A stretch of 64,000 nucleotides of DNA, from positions 115,692,001-115,756,000 of the forward strand of contig OX597815.1 of NCBI GenBank assembly GCA_951406725.2, read 5' to 3'. Position numbers and translations under genes: made by a program. Shown here piece after piece: positions 1-14,276 of the stretch (positions within the stretch are counted from its first letter, which is position 1; each line of letters opens with the position of its first letter). Source of the stretch: Octopus vulgaris. Lineage: Eukaryota. The notes beneath the pieces are model-generated. The model ran no database searches. It was not told where the DNA came from and worked only from the letters and a program-made list of their open reading frames with translations.

Positions 1-94
1 TGCATGAATGATGAGGCTTTTGTTTCCAATTAGTGCACACCCATGTAAAAATGAGGGGAATTACGAACTTATTCACACATACACACACATATAG

Positions 95-270
95 CCATAT
101 ATATTACAGGTTTCTTTCAGTTTTCATCTACAAATTTCACACTCAAGATATTGGTCAATCTGTGGCTTTAGTGGAGGACACCAACCATGAGTGCTTATTT
201 AGTGGGACAGAACTTCTAATCATGTGGTTCCGAAATGAATTTCTTAGCCACAAAGTCATACCTATGCTTA
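95..270 (-). mobile_element. Degenerate tRNA-derived SINE of the same family as 20804-21192
   Basis: tttctttcagttttcatctacaaatttcacactcaag... is the reverse complement of the family core. Confidence 0.6.
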
Positions 271-1197
271 TCAATTAATATTGAATTCTGGGTAGTAAGA
301 TCTTAATTGGAATGAGCCATAAGATAGATGGAAGTAATTAGCATGAGAGGGAGAGAGAGAGAGAGAGACCTTAGTTGTGTTAAGGAAAAATAAATTGTAA
401 GCATAGGATTAAGTTAATTCACTGCAATTTAGATAAACAAATTTTAGTTTGTTTACGATTTAGATGGAGCAAAGGATTAACTTACAACTGGTTTTCTAGC
501 ATAAGGTTATGTGCATTAAGTTAGGAGGGTGAGAGAGAATGATAGGGACAATTGAATTAAGATAGCCAGGTGCACTATGGTAAGAAAGGGAGAAGCTAGA
601 GTTAGAATATAAAGTATTATTTCTCAATTAACTAAACCTTAGAATAAAATAAGCACCAAAAAGAGGACAATAACTAAATCCACAGATGTTGTCAGCTTTA
701 TATGAAACTGTTGACTAATACATTTCTTAAACACTCTATTCTATAGAACTTTGCCTCAAGCTATTTATCAATTTTCAATTTGTTATTCTGAAAGCTATTC
801 AGTAATAGTTTATATTTTTGTTTTATTTTTGGTATAGTATTTGGCATAAAAGTGCATCTTTTTTTTTTCTTGTTTTTATGGAAGTTTCCATCTTTTTTTT
901 TTTTTAGTCATTGAAAATAAATCAGGATTGCAGAAGAGCTTAGAAAAAAAAATTAGATATTTCAAAACTTCCTCAATCACATTATTTGGACAAAACAAAA
1001 AAAAAATAGCTATCTGATTAGAGAACTTTGACATTTTTATGCCATTAATTTTTGTTCTCTCAGACACATATGGTCTACCATTTATGATGTTGGCCTGATG
1101 AGTATGATGATAATAACAATAATTACTAAAGGTATTAATTAATACTAGGATAATAATAGTTTTATCAAAAATAGACAATAATGAAAAACTTAGATGA

Positions 1198-1215
1198 TGA
1201 TAATAATAATAATTA

Positions 1216-1265
<50 letters not shown>

Positions 1266-1272
1266 GTAATAA
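1198..1272. repeat. (TAA)/(TAT)n microsatellite
   Basis: Direct. Confidence 0.95.
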
Positions 1273-1910
1273 TAGTGGTGATGAATAATAGATGGAGAGG
1301 TAGATAAATTAGCTGAAGTTTGTTGTTCATTTCATAAGCAAAATAATATTATAGGAAGAAAAGTAGTTTTGTAACTCTTATTTGAACTATGTTTTAAACT
1401 CATTTACAGAATTGGCATTAACAGTAGTCAGTAATTTAAAACATTAATTTGTCTTTTGTAACAAAAAAAATGACTCGCCAATATTCATGTAGAAATAGTT
1501 GACATATTAACAAAATTTTAGTCTCAGCATATAACAACTTCAAAATATTCTTTATTATAATATATATATATTTCTAATAGTGACCTTAATATAATGTTGT
1601 AAAGAAAAAAATGCATCAATTTACAAAATGTCAAATTTTATGATTTACAGAATTTTTACTATTCAATTAATATTTGATTTTTTTATTAAATATAGTAAAA
1701 AATATTCTTCTTTTTTATTCAAATAGACCATAGACATAGAAAAAAAAATTGTATTAGCTATCTTCCATTTCAAAATATGACAGCATGGTGGGAATAATAT
1801 ATTTTGAATTTTTGATCAAAATTGGGGTTTAAATCCCTGACCATAGCTGGTATACATTTACTCAAATATTTGAGTTCTATTTTTCCTGTTTGCATCATCA
1901 TACCTGTATG

Positions 1911-1953
<43 letters not shown>

Positions 1954-2304
1954 TATGCTATTGATCTATAAATATATGGTATGAATTTTCTTAACTCTTA
2001 GGAGATGACTGGGCTGGTTTATCAGCCTACCAGTTTTGTGCTAGAAAGATAAAAGGGTCAGTTTTTTTCCAGAAAATATATGTATTTGTCTCTTGCAATT
2101 CAGAAATTTTTACAAAATTTTAAATAACACCTTTATTCTTTTTGTATCTCATAAAAGTGGTTTTGTCATCTCTACTGTAGAAGCATCATCTGTAAGCTTC
2201 ATCTTCAAAGGTTTACACTATAGCACTAAATCACTGATCTAGTCCATGAGATAGTACATACACATTAGCTAGCAAATTATTATCATCATTATTATTATTA
2301 TTAC

Positions 2305-2476
2305 AGTTAGCGGTATTTCATCTGCCACTGTGTTCTTAGTTCAAATTCCACCAAGATCAAGTTTGCTTTTCATCCTTTTGTGGTCGATAAATTAAGTACC
2401 AGTGAAATTCTGGGGTCGATGTAATCGACTAGACCCCTCCCCCAAAACTTCAGGCTTGTGCCTATAATAGAAAAGA
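2305..2476 (+). mobile_element. tRNA-derived SINE of the same family as 27434-27652
   Basis: agttcaaattcc B box; tttgcttttcatccttttgtggtcgataaattaagtaccag central domain. Confidence 0.8.
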
Positions 2477-4647
2477 TTATTATTACTACTACTACTACAA
2501 CAACTACTACTACTACTATTATTACTGTTGTGGTATTGAAAACTGAGGCTTTGGATTCACTTTTGCTATATTTTTGGCAATGACATCTGTTAATTCTCTC
2601 CATGCCTTCCTTTAACTCAGTCAGAGTTTAGAGAGTAAAATGCAGGAATTATTCTGTTGGTATATTTAGTCATTAAAAATGTTGGATGTCAGTCATCTCA
2701 ACTAACTATATATGAGGTGACAAAGGTAGATTGATAAGTTCACAGCAAATGACATGTCATCTGTAACTGAAGTAAATTCTCTTATCTCCATGCTATCTAC
2801 CTTGGTTTTTATATTTTGTTTATATCCATAATTTAAGTTTAACAGGACACCTTGAAGTCATTATCAGCTTTTGCATTTTTGAATACAGTCTAAATATATG
2901 AATCTCATTTAATGTCTTAGATCTCTAAATTCAAATCCTAATAGGTGTCATTTGTCTTTCATACCTCCAAAATGAATTCAATTGACTGTAGACTCTTGGC
3001 TTATAAAAATTAAAATTATGTATAGCCAAAACAGCTTTTTTATTAGAAAATCAAGCTCAGAATGTAATATAGTTTTACTATAATGTTTTTTCTTTTTCTA
3101 TCAGGGAAATCCTATAAAGTACATCCTGTACTAGCTTAAAACAAAGTTAACTTTTTAACCAACCTGTGCACATCATCTTCTATTCATAAAGCATTTATGA
3201 CAAAAGATATGAATAGTCTGTAATGATAAGTTATACATGCATACATCTATGCATTTGTATATTTTTGTATGTAAGCAAAACTAAGAACTAAATTCTGATA
3301 TCAACAATGTTATTTAATGAATTACCTTGTCTTCAAGCCAATTAAATTTTGATAAAATGCTTATTTTGTTCATTGCTGCTCATTGGCTACATCTTTTGGA
3401 CTGGGGGGTTATTTTGTTTTGTTGTTTTGTGTTTTTGTCTGGGAAACATTTTTACTCATTAAGGACCATATACTACATATTTAAAGCTTTGCTTTGTAGT
3501 TAAATAAGGTCAGCCATTTGTTTAACTTTAGGTTTATGAAATCACCTAAGTTTATTTTACCTAAAATATCTTTTTATCAATGCCCATTGAACATTCAGAA
3601 ATTCTTTCATATTATTAATATGCTTTATTCTTTCTACTGATACATCATATAGAATTATACTACTAAAAATCCATATTAATGAAATTAATTATTACCTAGC
3701 TCTAAATGTTTTTAATATTTCTTAATTATTACAGTTATGAGTGTTCAGATGGCTAAATGAATAAATGAAATAGACAACCAACTTTACAACCTGTCATAAT
3801 CATTATACCATGTTGGTCGCTGGGACACTTAACTCTAAAATGGCTGAATCTCACCTAACTGTAACTAGGTACTGCAGAGTAGGGTCAGCTTGCTACTAAT
3901 CAGCAACAGCATTATAATATTGAGCAGTCTTTTGTTTACTCTAAGTTCCATTTTTCCTCATAAATAGATAAAGGAGAATAACAATGTAAAAAGGAGCTTT
4001 TACTGATGCCCCACAAACAGCAGAATTAACAGGATATCTGATAATGATTGCAGTTATACAAATATTAGCAAAAGTTTGAGTTGCAAAGGAAAAACCCTCA
4101 ATACTTTCATAGGATGTTAATTGTTTATACATAACTTGACATTCAGCAGAAAGATTTAAATGTTTAAATAGATACATAAAAAATACTTTGATTTATGAGT
4201 GTGATATATGTATTAAGATTACTTATTGAAAGAATGATTTATCTAATAATTAAGTAATCTGTACTAATTCATATAACTAAATATACTTGCCATCTCATTA
4301 TTTTTTTCATTGGAAATTTTTTTGCTATTTGTATTTTTCTAATAATATTTTATAAAAGTAAAATTAGAGATGAAATATAAGTACTGGGTTTCTCTAGTTA
4401 TATCTTGCAACATATTCTGAATAAAACTGGCCTTTATCTGGCTATTAAAGGGTTGGAATCAACTTCATTTTTAAATTAATTCAATCTTTCAGAAATTTAA
4501 ACAAGTTTACTAAATCATATTTACCTTGATACCTTGAACATCCATTGAATTCTTGAAAATTCAGTTACTTTTAATATGGATATAATATATATATATATAT
4601 ATATGTATGCATATGCATAGAGTATTTGAAGTGGTGTACAGATATTG

Positions 4648-4842
4648 TATATTGAGAAAGAGGAGGTAGTCAGACTTTTTGATAATTCTTTATTAGTGCT
4701 TGTATTTGTTTAACTTAACTCTTCAAGACAAAAATGAATCATTTTGGTTTTAATTTTCGTCTTGAAGAGTTCGGTTAAATGAATGGAAGTGCTAATAAAG
4801 AATTATCCAAAATTCTAACTGCCTCCTTTTTCTCTGGATATA
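4648..4842. repeat. Imperfect palindrome (~90-bp arms); probable inverted Penelope-like LTR ends
   Basis: gagaaagaggagg...ttctttattagtgc...actcttcaagac mirrored by gtcttgaagagt...gtgctaataaagaa...cctcctttttctc. Confidence 0.85.
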
Positions 4843-4848
4843 TATATA

Positions 4849-4955
4849 TACTTAGCAAAATCTTTCCCGGAGAAAACACTTAAAAACAATTCAAATTATA
4901 TATATAATTTGAACTGTTTTTAAATGTTTTTCTCTGGGGAAGATTTTGCTAAGTA
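4849..4955. repeat. Near-perfect palindrome (~50-bp arms) centred on (TA)n
   Basis: tacttagcaaaatctttccc...aattcaaattatatatataatttgaa...gggaagattttgctaagta. Confidence 0.9.
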
Positions 4956-5986
4956 AGGACAAAACTAACAACAGTTGTGCAGCAGAATTTATCTACTACA
5001 AACTGAGATCCCAACTCCAACCAGCATGTCTCTTTAAAGTCAGAAATGGTGATAAACATCTTCACACATGTAATTCCTAATTCAGAACAAGGCCTGATCT
5101 TTTTTCATAATTTGTAAAGTTTTTTTCTTATTTTGTATCATTTATGTATCATGTCACTTTTTTTCCTCCTCTTATTATTTTCTATTTGGTTGAATACCTT
5201 ATGTTTTCATTTTCTTTTTGGATCAATGTAAAGTATATGATGAAGGTTTGAATCCAGGTAAAACTTAGCATTATATTACATTTATGGAAATATCCCTTTC
5301 TCTACCATATATATTAATTTTCAATATAAAGCAATGGATGAACATTTAAATCTAGAGAAAGTATTCTATACTCTACATAAATATTCTATATTCTGACTAT
5401 TCTCTGTTCTTGCCTGTTAGTCAGATAGGAATCCTGTCTACATGGTTGAATCTATTGCACTACAGATTATGAATTCATCCTTACCGAGTAAAACCTCACC
5501 AAGTTTAATGAACTCTTCAGGTGAAAACATTTAAATGTAACTGAACATTTCCAGCTTACTGGACAAAAATATCTCTATTCACTCTTCTATTTCATTACAG
5601 TTTTTCCTGTAGACCTATTGTTTATATAAAGCTCCAAAGAACTTAATTTATCTTAAACATACCCTTAACATAAATATAATTGTCCATGAGCTGTAGCTGT
5701 AATGATGAGTTATAAAGATATAAAAATGTATACCTGTAGATGATGGGGAAAAGAAGTAACAATTAGAATACTTAACTTTAACTAGATTTGAGTCCTTGCC
5801 AATGTTTTACATTGAAAATGAATACATGGTTGGATAATCCTTTTTTTTTTTCATAAATACAGTGTAGAATGCTAACTGTAACTGGATTTGAACCTTCACC
5901 ATTGAACAAAAATACTTATCTCAACTACCATTGGAAGATTGGAGAAACAAAATAACATGTCACATAAATGATGCAAATATATATAT

Positions 5987-6407
5987 ATTAAAGTATTAAT
6001 TTCAAAAAACAAGTTTCAAAGTCAATAATACTCCTCATCAAAGCCAACACATATCTAAACACAGAGGGCATATATAAGCAGTATAAGCATGCAAACACAT
6101 AACATACAAAAACATATATATACATATAATAGTACAATTCCATACCCAAATCAAAGTCAGGTAAGTCATTGCATAAATATATACAGATAAATACATAATT
6201 TATCTGTATGTATTTATGCAATTACTTATCTGACTTTGATTTGGGTACAGAATTACACTATTATATGTATATATATATATGTTTTTTTGTCATGTGTTTG
6301 CTTACTTATAATGGCTTATATATGCCTTCTGTGTTTAGATATGTGTCGGCTTTGATGAGGAGTATTATTGACCTTGGAACTCGTTTCTTTCAAATTAATA
6401 CTTTAAT
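5987..6407. repeat. Long palindrome (~205-bp arms, 5-nt loop); probable inverted Penelope-like LTR pair
   Basis: ORFs 5988-6221(-) and 6208-6411(+) are near-identical mirror translations; centre atacagataaat-acata-atttatctgtat. Confidence 0.95.
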
Positions 6408-7599
6408 CTAATCACTCAATAAATTCAGCCCTACATTTTTTCTTGAAAAGAGTTAACCTCTATAATTTTTCATTACCTATATATATATGCATGCAAGATA
6501 GTATACTGGTATCACCAGATACTATCTTGTTCCCCAGATAGCATCCTGGTGAAAAGAGTAATCCATTAAGGGTCAAAACCCTAAAAGATTTATTTTCCTA
6601 GCAGATTTCACTTTTCACCTTCATTTTACTGAAGACTCACCATCTCCATCTCAATAGGCCAAAATCTAGTTAGTTGAATATGAGTAGGTGATAAATTTCA
6701 AAAATATGCACTCCGTATACATAACACTGTTGTTGACTTTGTGACCAATGCCAGAATAAGCAACTTTTAAAGAATCAAGTATTACTGAATATTTATGTTT
6801 ACTCATCTACATTAGAATCATGTTTAGCAACTCTGACAACTAAATATACTAACAGAATTATTAAATTTGTATGTTTAGCTACTTAAAAACACAAAAAACA
6901 AGTACACATTGACTAATTCAAATATTTATTTTCAAATCAAGATTTTATTTAATTTTTACATCTAGCTTACATTCAACTTGTTTGTAAGTTTTTAACCATT
7001 TAAGTGTTATAATGGAAGAGGTAAATTCAGATTGCTACCATTAATCTTTTAATCTGTTTTGTAAATTATTAACAGCAGTTGAAACCTGATGAATTCTAAG
7101 TAATCTCCTTCCTTCTTCCCACTTACTGTTTTATACTAACCTAGGTTTTTTTATTTTGTTTTTGTTTTTTTTTATGATATATTTATTAATGTCAATATTT
7201 GACTTTATACTGTAATTTTGTGTATTTGCTATAATCATGTGAAACTCAAGGGTCATTATATACAGGCAGTCGCTATTTATTTGAGCATACCATTATATAT
7301 GGCAAAAATTACATTGGCTAAAAACGAAACAAAAATTACTGCTGTTTTGTTGACCATGTTAATTCTATAGAAATAGAATGTTCCCAATTGTGATAAGATT
7401 CTATAAAATATTATGCATGTTACTGCAGCTGCTAAGTTGCGTTGTTGATAGAATTTAGTACAGTGTATATAATTTGCTTATACAGCATGTATAATAATAA
7501 TAATAATAATAATATAAATTTTAAAAAAATAAACTCTTACATTAAATAAATGAATTTTTGTTGTTTTCATTTCTACTTTACTTTTAATGTTCTGTAAAT

Positions 7600-7665
7600 C
7601 AATGGTCCCCAGTTTGTTTGGCAATACAGATCAGTTCCATGCAAGACAATTTTTCCTTTGACTGA
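7600..7665 (+). mobile_element. hAT-Charlie (MER1-like) terminal fragment
   Basis: caatggtccccagtttgtttggcaatacagatcagttccatgcaagacaatttttcc resembles the Charlie terminus CAGCGGTCCCCAACCTTTTTGGCACCAGGGACCGGTTTC...GAAGACAATTTTTCC. Confidence 0.55.
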
Positions 7666-7719
7666 CGGATCACACACATAACTAAACACAAAGTGCATAA
7701 TATATAATTTAAATTCATA

Positions 7720-10700
7720 CAATTCAACGTTCAACTCACCGATGTCAATCCTTAATCAGCAATGAAAATTCCTTTTAAGGCTACTAAGCCTTCGCCATAA
7801 CTAGATTTATCTTTCTATCTCTATTCGTTGCCGTAACATCTTATCATCTTTCAGCTAGGAATTACGATTACAATTTAAAAACGAATAACTTACTTCTTTT
7901 CTGACCGATGTCCCTAAGTTCTTTATCTTTGTAATATATGACTACGTTTATTCATATTGTATATAACCTTTTAAGGCTACTTATCACTATCTACTCTCTC
8001 AACACACACATTCAATAACCTTAGGCTAGGCTACCCTCAAGCCGTAATCCCATCTCTTCCCATCTCTTTCCATCTTTCAGCCATTTGGCGGTCTTTTTTC
8101 CTCCTCTTACCATTACGATTCTACAATTTAAATTCCCAATTCAACTAACTTACTTCTTCAATTTCAACTCCCGACCGCAGCATGTCCGACAGCAAGTTCT
8201 TTATATACATTTATCTTAATATTTCTATTCGTTGTTACTACGTTTATTCATACACACATACATAACCTGTTACGATAATACTTTATAGCCTTTCTTTATA
8301 GGCTATATAAGCCTTGATATATATCTTATCTATTCTATCTCTCTACAAAATTTAACCTTAGGCTAGGCTACCTCAAGCCGTATCCATCTCTTCCCATCTC
8401 TTTCCATCTTTCAGCCATTTGGCGGTCTTTTTTTCCTCCTCCTCTACCATTACGATTCTACAATTTAAATTCCCAATTCATACATAACTATACTTCTTCA
8501 TATTTCAACTCCCGATATCGATGGTCCGCAGCAAGTTCTATATATATATACATTTATCTATATATATTTATACATTCGTTACTACGTTAATATATCATAT
8601 ACATATTCGTTACAAATTTGATACTACGTTTATATACATATACTTTTACATATATATATACCTTTATAGGCTGCCATAAGCCTTCGCCATAACATATATT
8701 ATATATACATATACATATCTCTCTACTAAAATTTAACCTTAGGCTAGGCTACCTCAAGCCGTAATCCCATCTCTTCCCCATCTTCTTTCCATCTTTCAGC
8801 CATTTGGCGGTCTTATATACATATATATATACATATATACCATTACGATTCTACAATTTAAATTCCCAATTCAACTAACTTACTTCTTCAATTTCAACTC
8901 CCGACCGATGTCCGCAGCAAGTTCTTTAAAAACATTTATCTTAATATTTCTATTCCAAGTTGTTACTACGTTTATTCATACATTGTTACGAAAATTTAAC
9001 CTTTTAAGGCTACTTTCAAGCCTTCGCCATAACTTGATTTATCTTTCTATATATCTCTCTACAAAATTTAACCTTAGGCTAGGCTACCTCAAGCCGTAAT
9101 CCCATCTCTTCCCATCTCTTTCCATCTTTCAGCCATTTGGCGGTCTTTTTTTCCTCCTCTTACCATTACGATTCTACAATTTAAATTCCCAATTCAACTA
9201 ACTTACTTCTTCAATTTCAACTATCACCGATGTCCGCAGCAAGTTCTTTAAAAATTTATCTTAATATTTCTATTCGTTGTTACTACGTTTATTCATACAT
9301 TGTTACGAAAATTTAACCTTTATATAAGGCTACTATTCATATATACTGTATCATATACTATTCGCCATATACTTAGATTATATCATATCTATCTCTCTCT
9401 ACAAAATTTAACTCATAGGCTAGGCTACCTCAAGCCGTAATCCCATCTCTTCCCATACACATATATATACATCTTTCAGTTCCAGCCATATACTCTTTCC
9501 TCACTCAGTTATTTATATTACGATTCTACTATATATTTATATATTTCTTCAATTTCAACATATATATATATATTCAATTTCAACTCCGATGTCCGCAGCA
9601 AGTACTTCTAAAAATTTATCTTAATATTGGAGTCTATTCCGTTGTTACTACGCCCTTTATTCATACATTGTTACGAAAATTTAACCTTTTAAGGCTACTT
9701 TCAAAGCCTTCGCCATAACTTGATTTATCTTTCTATCTCTCTCTCTACAAAATTTAACCTTATAAAAAGGCTAGGCTACCTCAAGCCGTAATCCCATCTC
9801 TTCCCCATCTCTTTCCATCTTTCAGCCATTGAGGCGGTCTTTTCCTCCTCTTGCCATTACGATTCTACAATTTAAATTCCCAATTCAACTAACTTTACTT
9901 CTTCAATTTCAACTCCCGACCGATGTCCGCAGCAAGTTCTTTAAAAATTTATCTTAATATTTCTATTCGTTGTTACTACGTTTATTCATACATTGTTACG
10001 AAAATTTAACCTTTTAAGGCTACTTTCAAGCCTTCGCCATAACTTGTGTTGATTTATCTTTCTATCTCTCTCTTACAATGTGAATTTAACCTTAGGCTAG
10101 GCTAAAGGCTCAATAAGCCGTAATCCCATCTCTTCCCATCTCTTTCCATCTTTCAGCCATTTGGCGGTCTTTTTCCCTCCTCTTACCATTACGATTCTAC
10201 AATTTAGGGAATTCCCAATTCAACTAACTTACTTCTTCAATTTCAACTCCCGACCGATGTCCGCAGCAAGTTGAACTTTAAAAATTTATCTTAATATTTC
10301 TATTCGTTGTTACTACGTTTATTCATACATTGTTACGAAAATTTAACCTTTTAAGGCTACTGATGTTTTCTTTAACTTGATTATATTGATGTCTATAATG
10401 ATCTTTCTCATCTCTCTACAAAATTTAACCTTAGGCTAGGCTACCTCAAGCCGTAATCCCATCTCTTCCCATCTCTTTCCATCTTTCAAGCCATTTGGCG
10501 GTCGTTTTTCCGGTAGCCTCTACCATTACGATTCTACAATTTAAATTCCCAATTCAACTAACTTACTTCTCCGTTCAATTTCAACTCCCGAATCGATGTC
10601 CGCAGCAAGTTCTTTAAAAACATTTATCTTAATATTTCTATTCGTTGTTACTACGTTTATTCATACATTGTTACGAAATATTACAACTCCTTTTAAGGCT

Positions 10701-11535
10701 ACTATCAAGCCTTCGCCATAACTTGATTTATCTTTCTATCTCTCTCTCTACAAAAAAATTTAACCTTAGGCTAGGCTACCTCAAGCCGTAATCCCATCTC
10801 TTCCCATCTCTTTCCATCTTTCAGCCATTTGGCGGTCTTTTTTCCTCCTCTTACCATTACGATTCTACAATTCTAAATTCCCAATTCAACTAACTTACTT
10901 CTTCAATTTCAACTCCCGACCGATGTCCGCAGCAAGTTCTTTAAAAATTTATCTTAATATTTCTATTCGTTGTTACTACGTTTATTCATACATTGTTACG
11001 AAAATTTAACCTATATATACTACACATTTCAAGGCTATATATATACATACATATACATACAAGTTATATAACTTGATATATACATACACATATATATATC
11101 TACAAAATATTACATCTAGTACCTCAAATAACATATAGGCTAGGCTACCTCATCTCTAATCCCATCTCTTCCCATCTCTTTCCATCTCTTCAGCCATTTG
11201 GCGGTCTTTTTTCCCTCCTCTACCATTACGATTCTACAATTTAAATTCCCAATTCAACTATACTTACTCTATACTTCTTCAATTTCAACTCCCGTATGAT
11301 GTGCAGCATAGTTCTTTAAAAATTTATCTTAATATTTCTATTCGTTGTTACTACGTTTATTCATACATTGTTACGAAAATTTAACCTTTTAAGATATACT
11401 TTCAAGCCTTCGCCATAACTTGATTTATATATATATACATATTCTCTCTCTATACAAAATTACATAACCTTAGGCTAGGCTACCTCAAGCCGTAATCCCA
11501 TCTCATTCAGATTCTTCTCTTTCCATCTTTCAGGC
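7720..11535 (+). repeat. Tandem array of a ~335-bp unit, about 11-12 copies
   Basis: Marker ctaggctacctcaagccg recurs near 8026, 8362, 8744, 9079, 9420, 9771, 10096, 10436, 10771, 11140 and 11475; copies carry many indels and (TA)n intrusions. Confidence 0.95.
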
Positions 11536-12339
11536 AATTGCGGTGCGCCCTGGTGCGCCCCCACCCCCACCACCAAATACCGATGAACACTGTTCTCACC
11601 CCCACCACCAATACCGGTGAACACTGTTCTCACCGCCAACACCACATGCAATACTGGTGAACACTGTTCCTCACCCCCCACCACCAATACCAGTATACCC
11701 TGTCCTCACCATCTACACCGGATACAGTTCCTTACTCATCTACACCGGATGACGCCCCACTCCCTCCTCCTCCCCCCACTACCCTCTTCTAAGCTCATAT
11801 GCTTTCACTGTGAAAAGAACAAAGACAAGCTGCTAGCGCCATAGCTCATCAACTGCCCACCGATCTTACGCTTCCTCCTGACACTGCTTCATTCCGACTA
11901 TCCCCCTTTAGCACCCTCCCGCCTCGTAATATCCTACGTTTTTATTTTATTTCTTACCTACACCAACCAACCCTTCCTGCCATCGCTCCTCCTTACCCCA
12001 ACCTTTCCCCACTGGCTGCTCCCCATATTACCCACCTCAACTGGACCCCCCTCCCTGGAGCGTCGGGAACTCTAGAATATCTGTATTCTTTCCTTCTTAC
12101 CTAATAACGTTACTCAGTGACGATAAATGCACAGAATGTCTTTATTTCTTAGGAACCTACACCAACCCTTCCTTACTCAGTGATGGGTGGATAAATGCTG
12201 TGACTACAAAGACCCGGGCTGCTTTCTGCAGCAATTCCACATACCCCCTACTCAATTCTAAGTACCCCTGATCCCCAAAGTACCCTGGATCCCCAAAGTA
12301 CCCCGGACCTTCGTTGTCTCCCCCAAGCCGCTGACACGT

Positions 12340-12640
12340 TAAAATGCTCGAACCGATCGTGACGATGCTGACCCTCCGGCCCCTGTGCCCCAGTGTGGCC
12401 ACGTAAAAGCACCCAATCCACTCACGGAGTGGTTGGCGTTACGGAGTGGTGGGCATCCAGCCGTCAGATCAGGACTCAATCCAGCCGTCATTCAGACTGG
12501 AGCTGCTGAATGGTGCGGCCCCCCCCCCCCCCCTGACTGGAGCCTGGTGCGGCCCCCAAGGCTTCCCAGACCCGGTCCAAACCGTCCAACCCGTGCTAGC
12601 GCGGAAAGCGGACGTTAAACGATGATGATGATGATGATGA
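12340..12640 (+). mobile_element. RTE-type LINE 3' UTR and tail ending in (GAT)n
   Basis: aaaagcaccc...ggagtggttggcgtt...gggcatccagc...ccaacccgtgctagcgcggaaagcggacgttaaacgatgatg; the same tail follows RTE RT fragments elsewhere in the window. Confidence 0.8.
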
Positions 12641-12643
12641 TAC

Positions 12644-12676
<33 letters not shown>

Positions 12677-13179
12677 TATATACACATATATATATATATA
12701 TACGTATATACACACATATATATACAAATATATATATACATACACACATATATACACATATACATACATATATATATACATATATATATAGACACACACA
12801 TATATATATACACATATATATATATACACATATATATACATATATATATATACATATACATATATATACATATATATATACATATACATATATATATACA
12901 GATATATACATATATATATATACATATATATACATATATATATATATACATATATATACATATATATACATATATATATACATATATATACATATATATA
13001 TACATATATATATACATATATATACATATATATATACATATATATATACATATATATATACATATATATACATATATATATACATATATATATACATATA
13101 TATATACATATATATATACATATATATACATATACATATATATACATATATATACATATATATATATATACATATATAT

Positions 13180-13210
<31 letters not shown>

Positions 13211-13367
13211 TACATATATACACACACATATACACACATATATATACATATATATGTAATCGAAGTGAATTTTATTCTTATATACACACATCACACACAC
13301 ACACAGGATACACACACACACACACACGTTTTTGATGTATACACACACACACACACACAACACACAC

Positions 13368-13459
<92 letters not shown>

Positions 13460-13692
13460 CTTTTGTTTACACACACACATATATATATAAAGGTCTGTCT
13501 TGTCTATATATATAAAAAGGAATATATATATCTCTCTCAGCCGGTACAGGTATATATATATACATATATATATATACATATATATACATATATATACATA
13601 TATATATACATATATATATATATACATATAAAATACATATATATACATATATATATACATATATATACATATATATATATATAGCCGCAATA

Positions 13693-13740
<48 letters not shown>

Positions 13741-13741
13741 C

Positions 13742-13776
<35 letters not shown>

Positions 13777-13844
13777 GACGGACAAATACATATATCTTCT
13801 TTTCTCTTTTTCTCTTGCATATATATACATATCTGTAAAATCTC

Positions 13845-13883
<39 letters not shown>

Positions 13884-13930
13884 ATCACAATTAGTTTTTA
13901 TTTTAGATATACATTGTCTGTAGCGACATA

Positions 13931-14016
<86 letters not shown>

Positions 14017-14029
14017 CATATATATATAC

Positions 14030-14064
<35 letters not shown>

Positions 14065-14077
14065 CATATATATATAC

Positions 14078-14108
<31 letters not shown>

Positions 14109-14132
14109 CATATATACATATATATATATATA
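12640..14132. repeat. Compound (TA)n/(TATACA)n/(CA)n microsatellite and poly-T
   Basis: Direct; explains all YIYI/CVCV ORFs. Confidence 0.98.
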
Positions 14133-14276
14133 GTTTCTATCATTCTATCTGTACTCCCCCCCTCTTTCTTTTCAAATATATAAATTCTCTCTCTATATTT
14201 CTTCCTTCTCTCCTGTCTGTCTCTTCAGTTTCTCTCCCGCTTCTCCTTGTCTCTCCATTTCTCTCTTCTATCTGTC

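Noticed and set aside
876-1178. 100-aa minus ORF as a possible RIIAD1 downstream exon (PNNVIEEV...FCNPDL)
   Set aside because: Resemblance is superficial, homopolymer-rich and has no fitting splice sites
3095-7570. Terminal exon and long 3' UTR of a plus-strand gene (acceptor near 3103, AATAAA near 7528 and 7545)
   Set aside because: Such signals are common in AT-rich DNA; no coding evidence
7720-11535. Array as CRISPR or as a retrozyme
   Set aside because: Eukaryotic context, no unique spacers, no cas genes; I found no CTGANGA...GAAA hammerhead core on either strand of the unit
12469-14183. Long ORFs (up to 377 aa) of YIYI/CVCV/HTHT
   Set aside because: Translations of TA/CA microsatellite with no stop codons by construction
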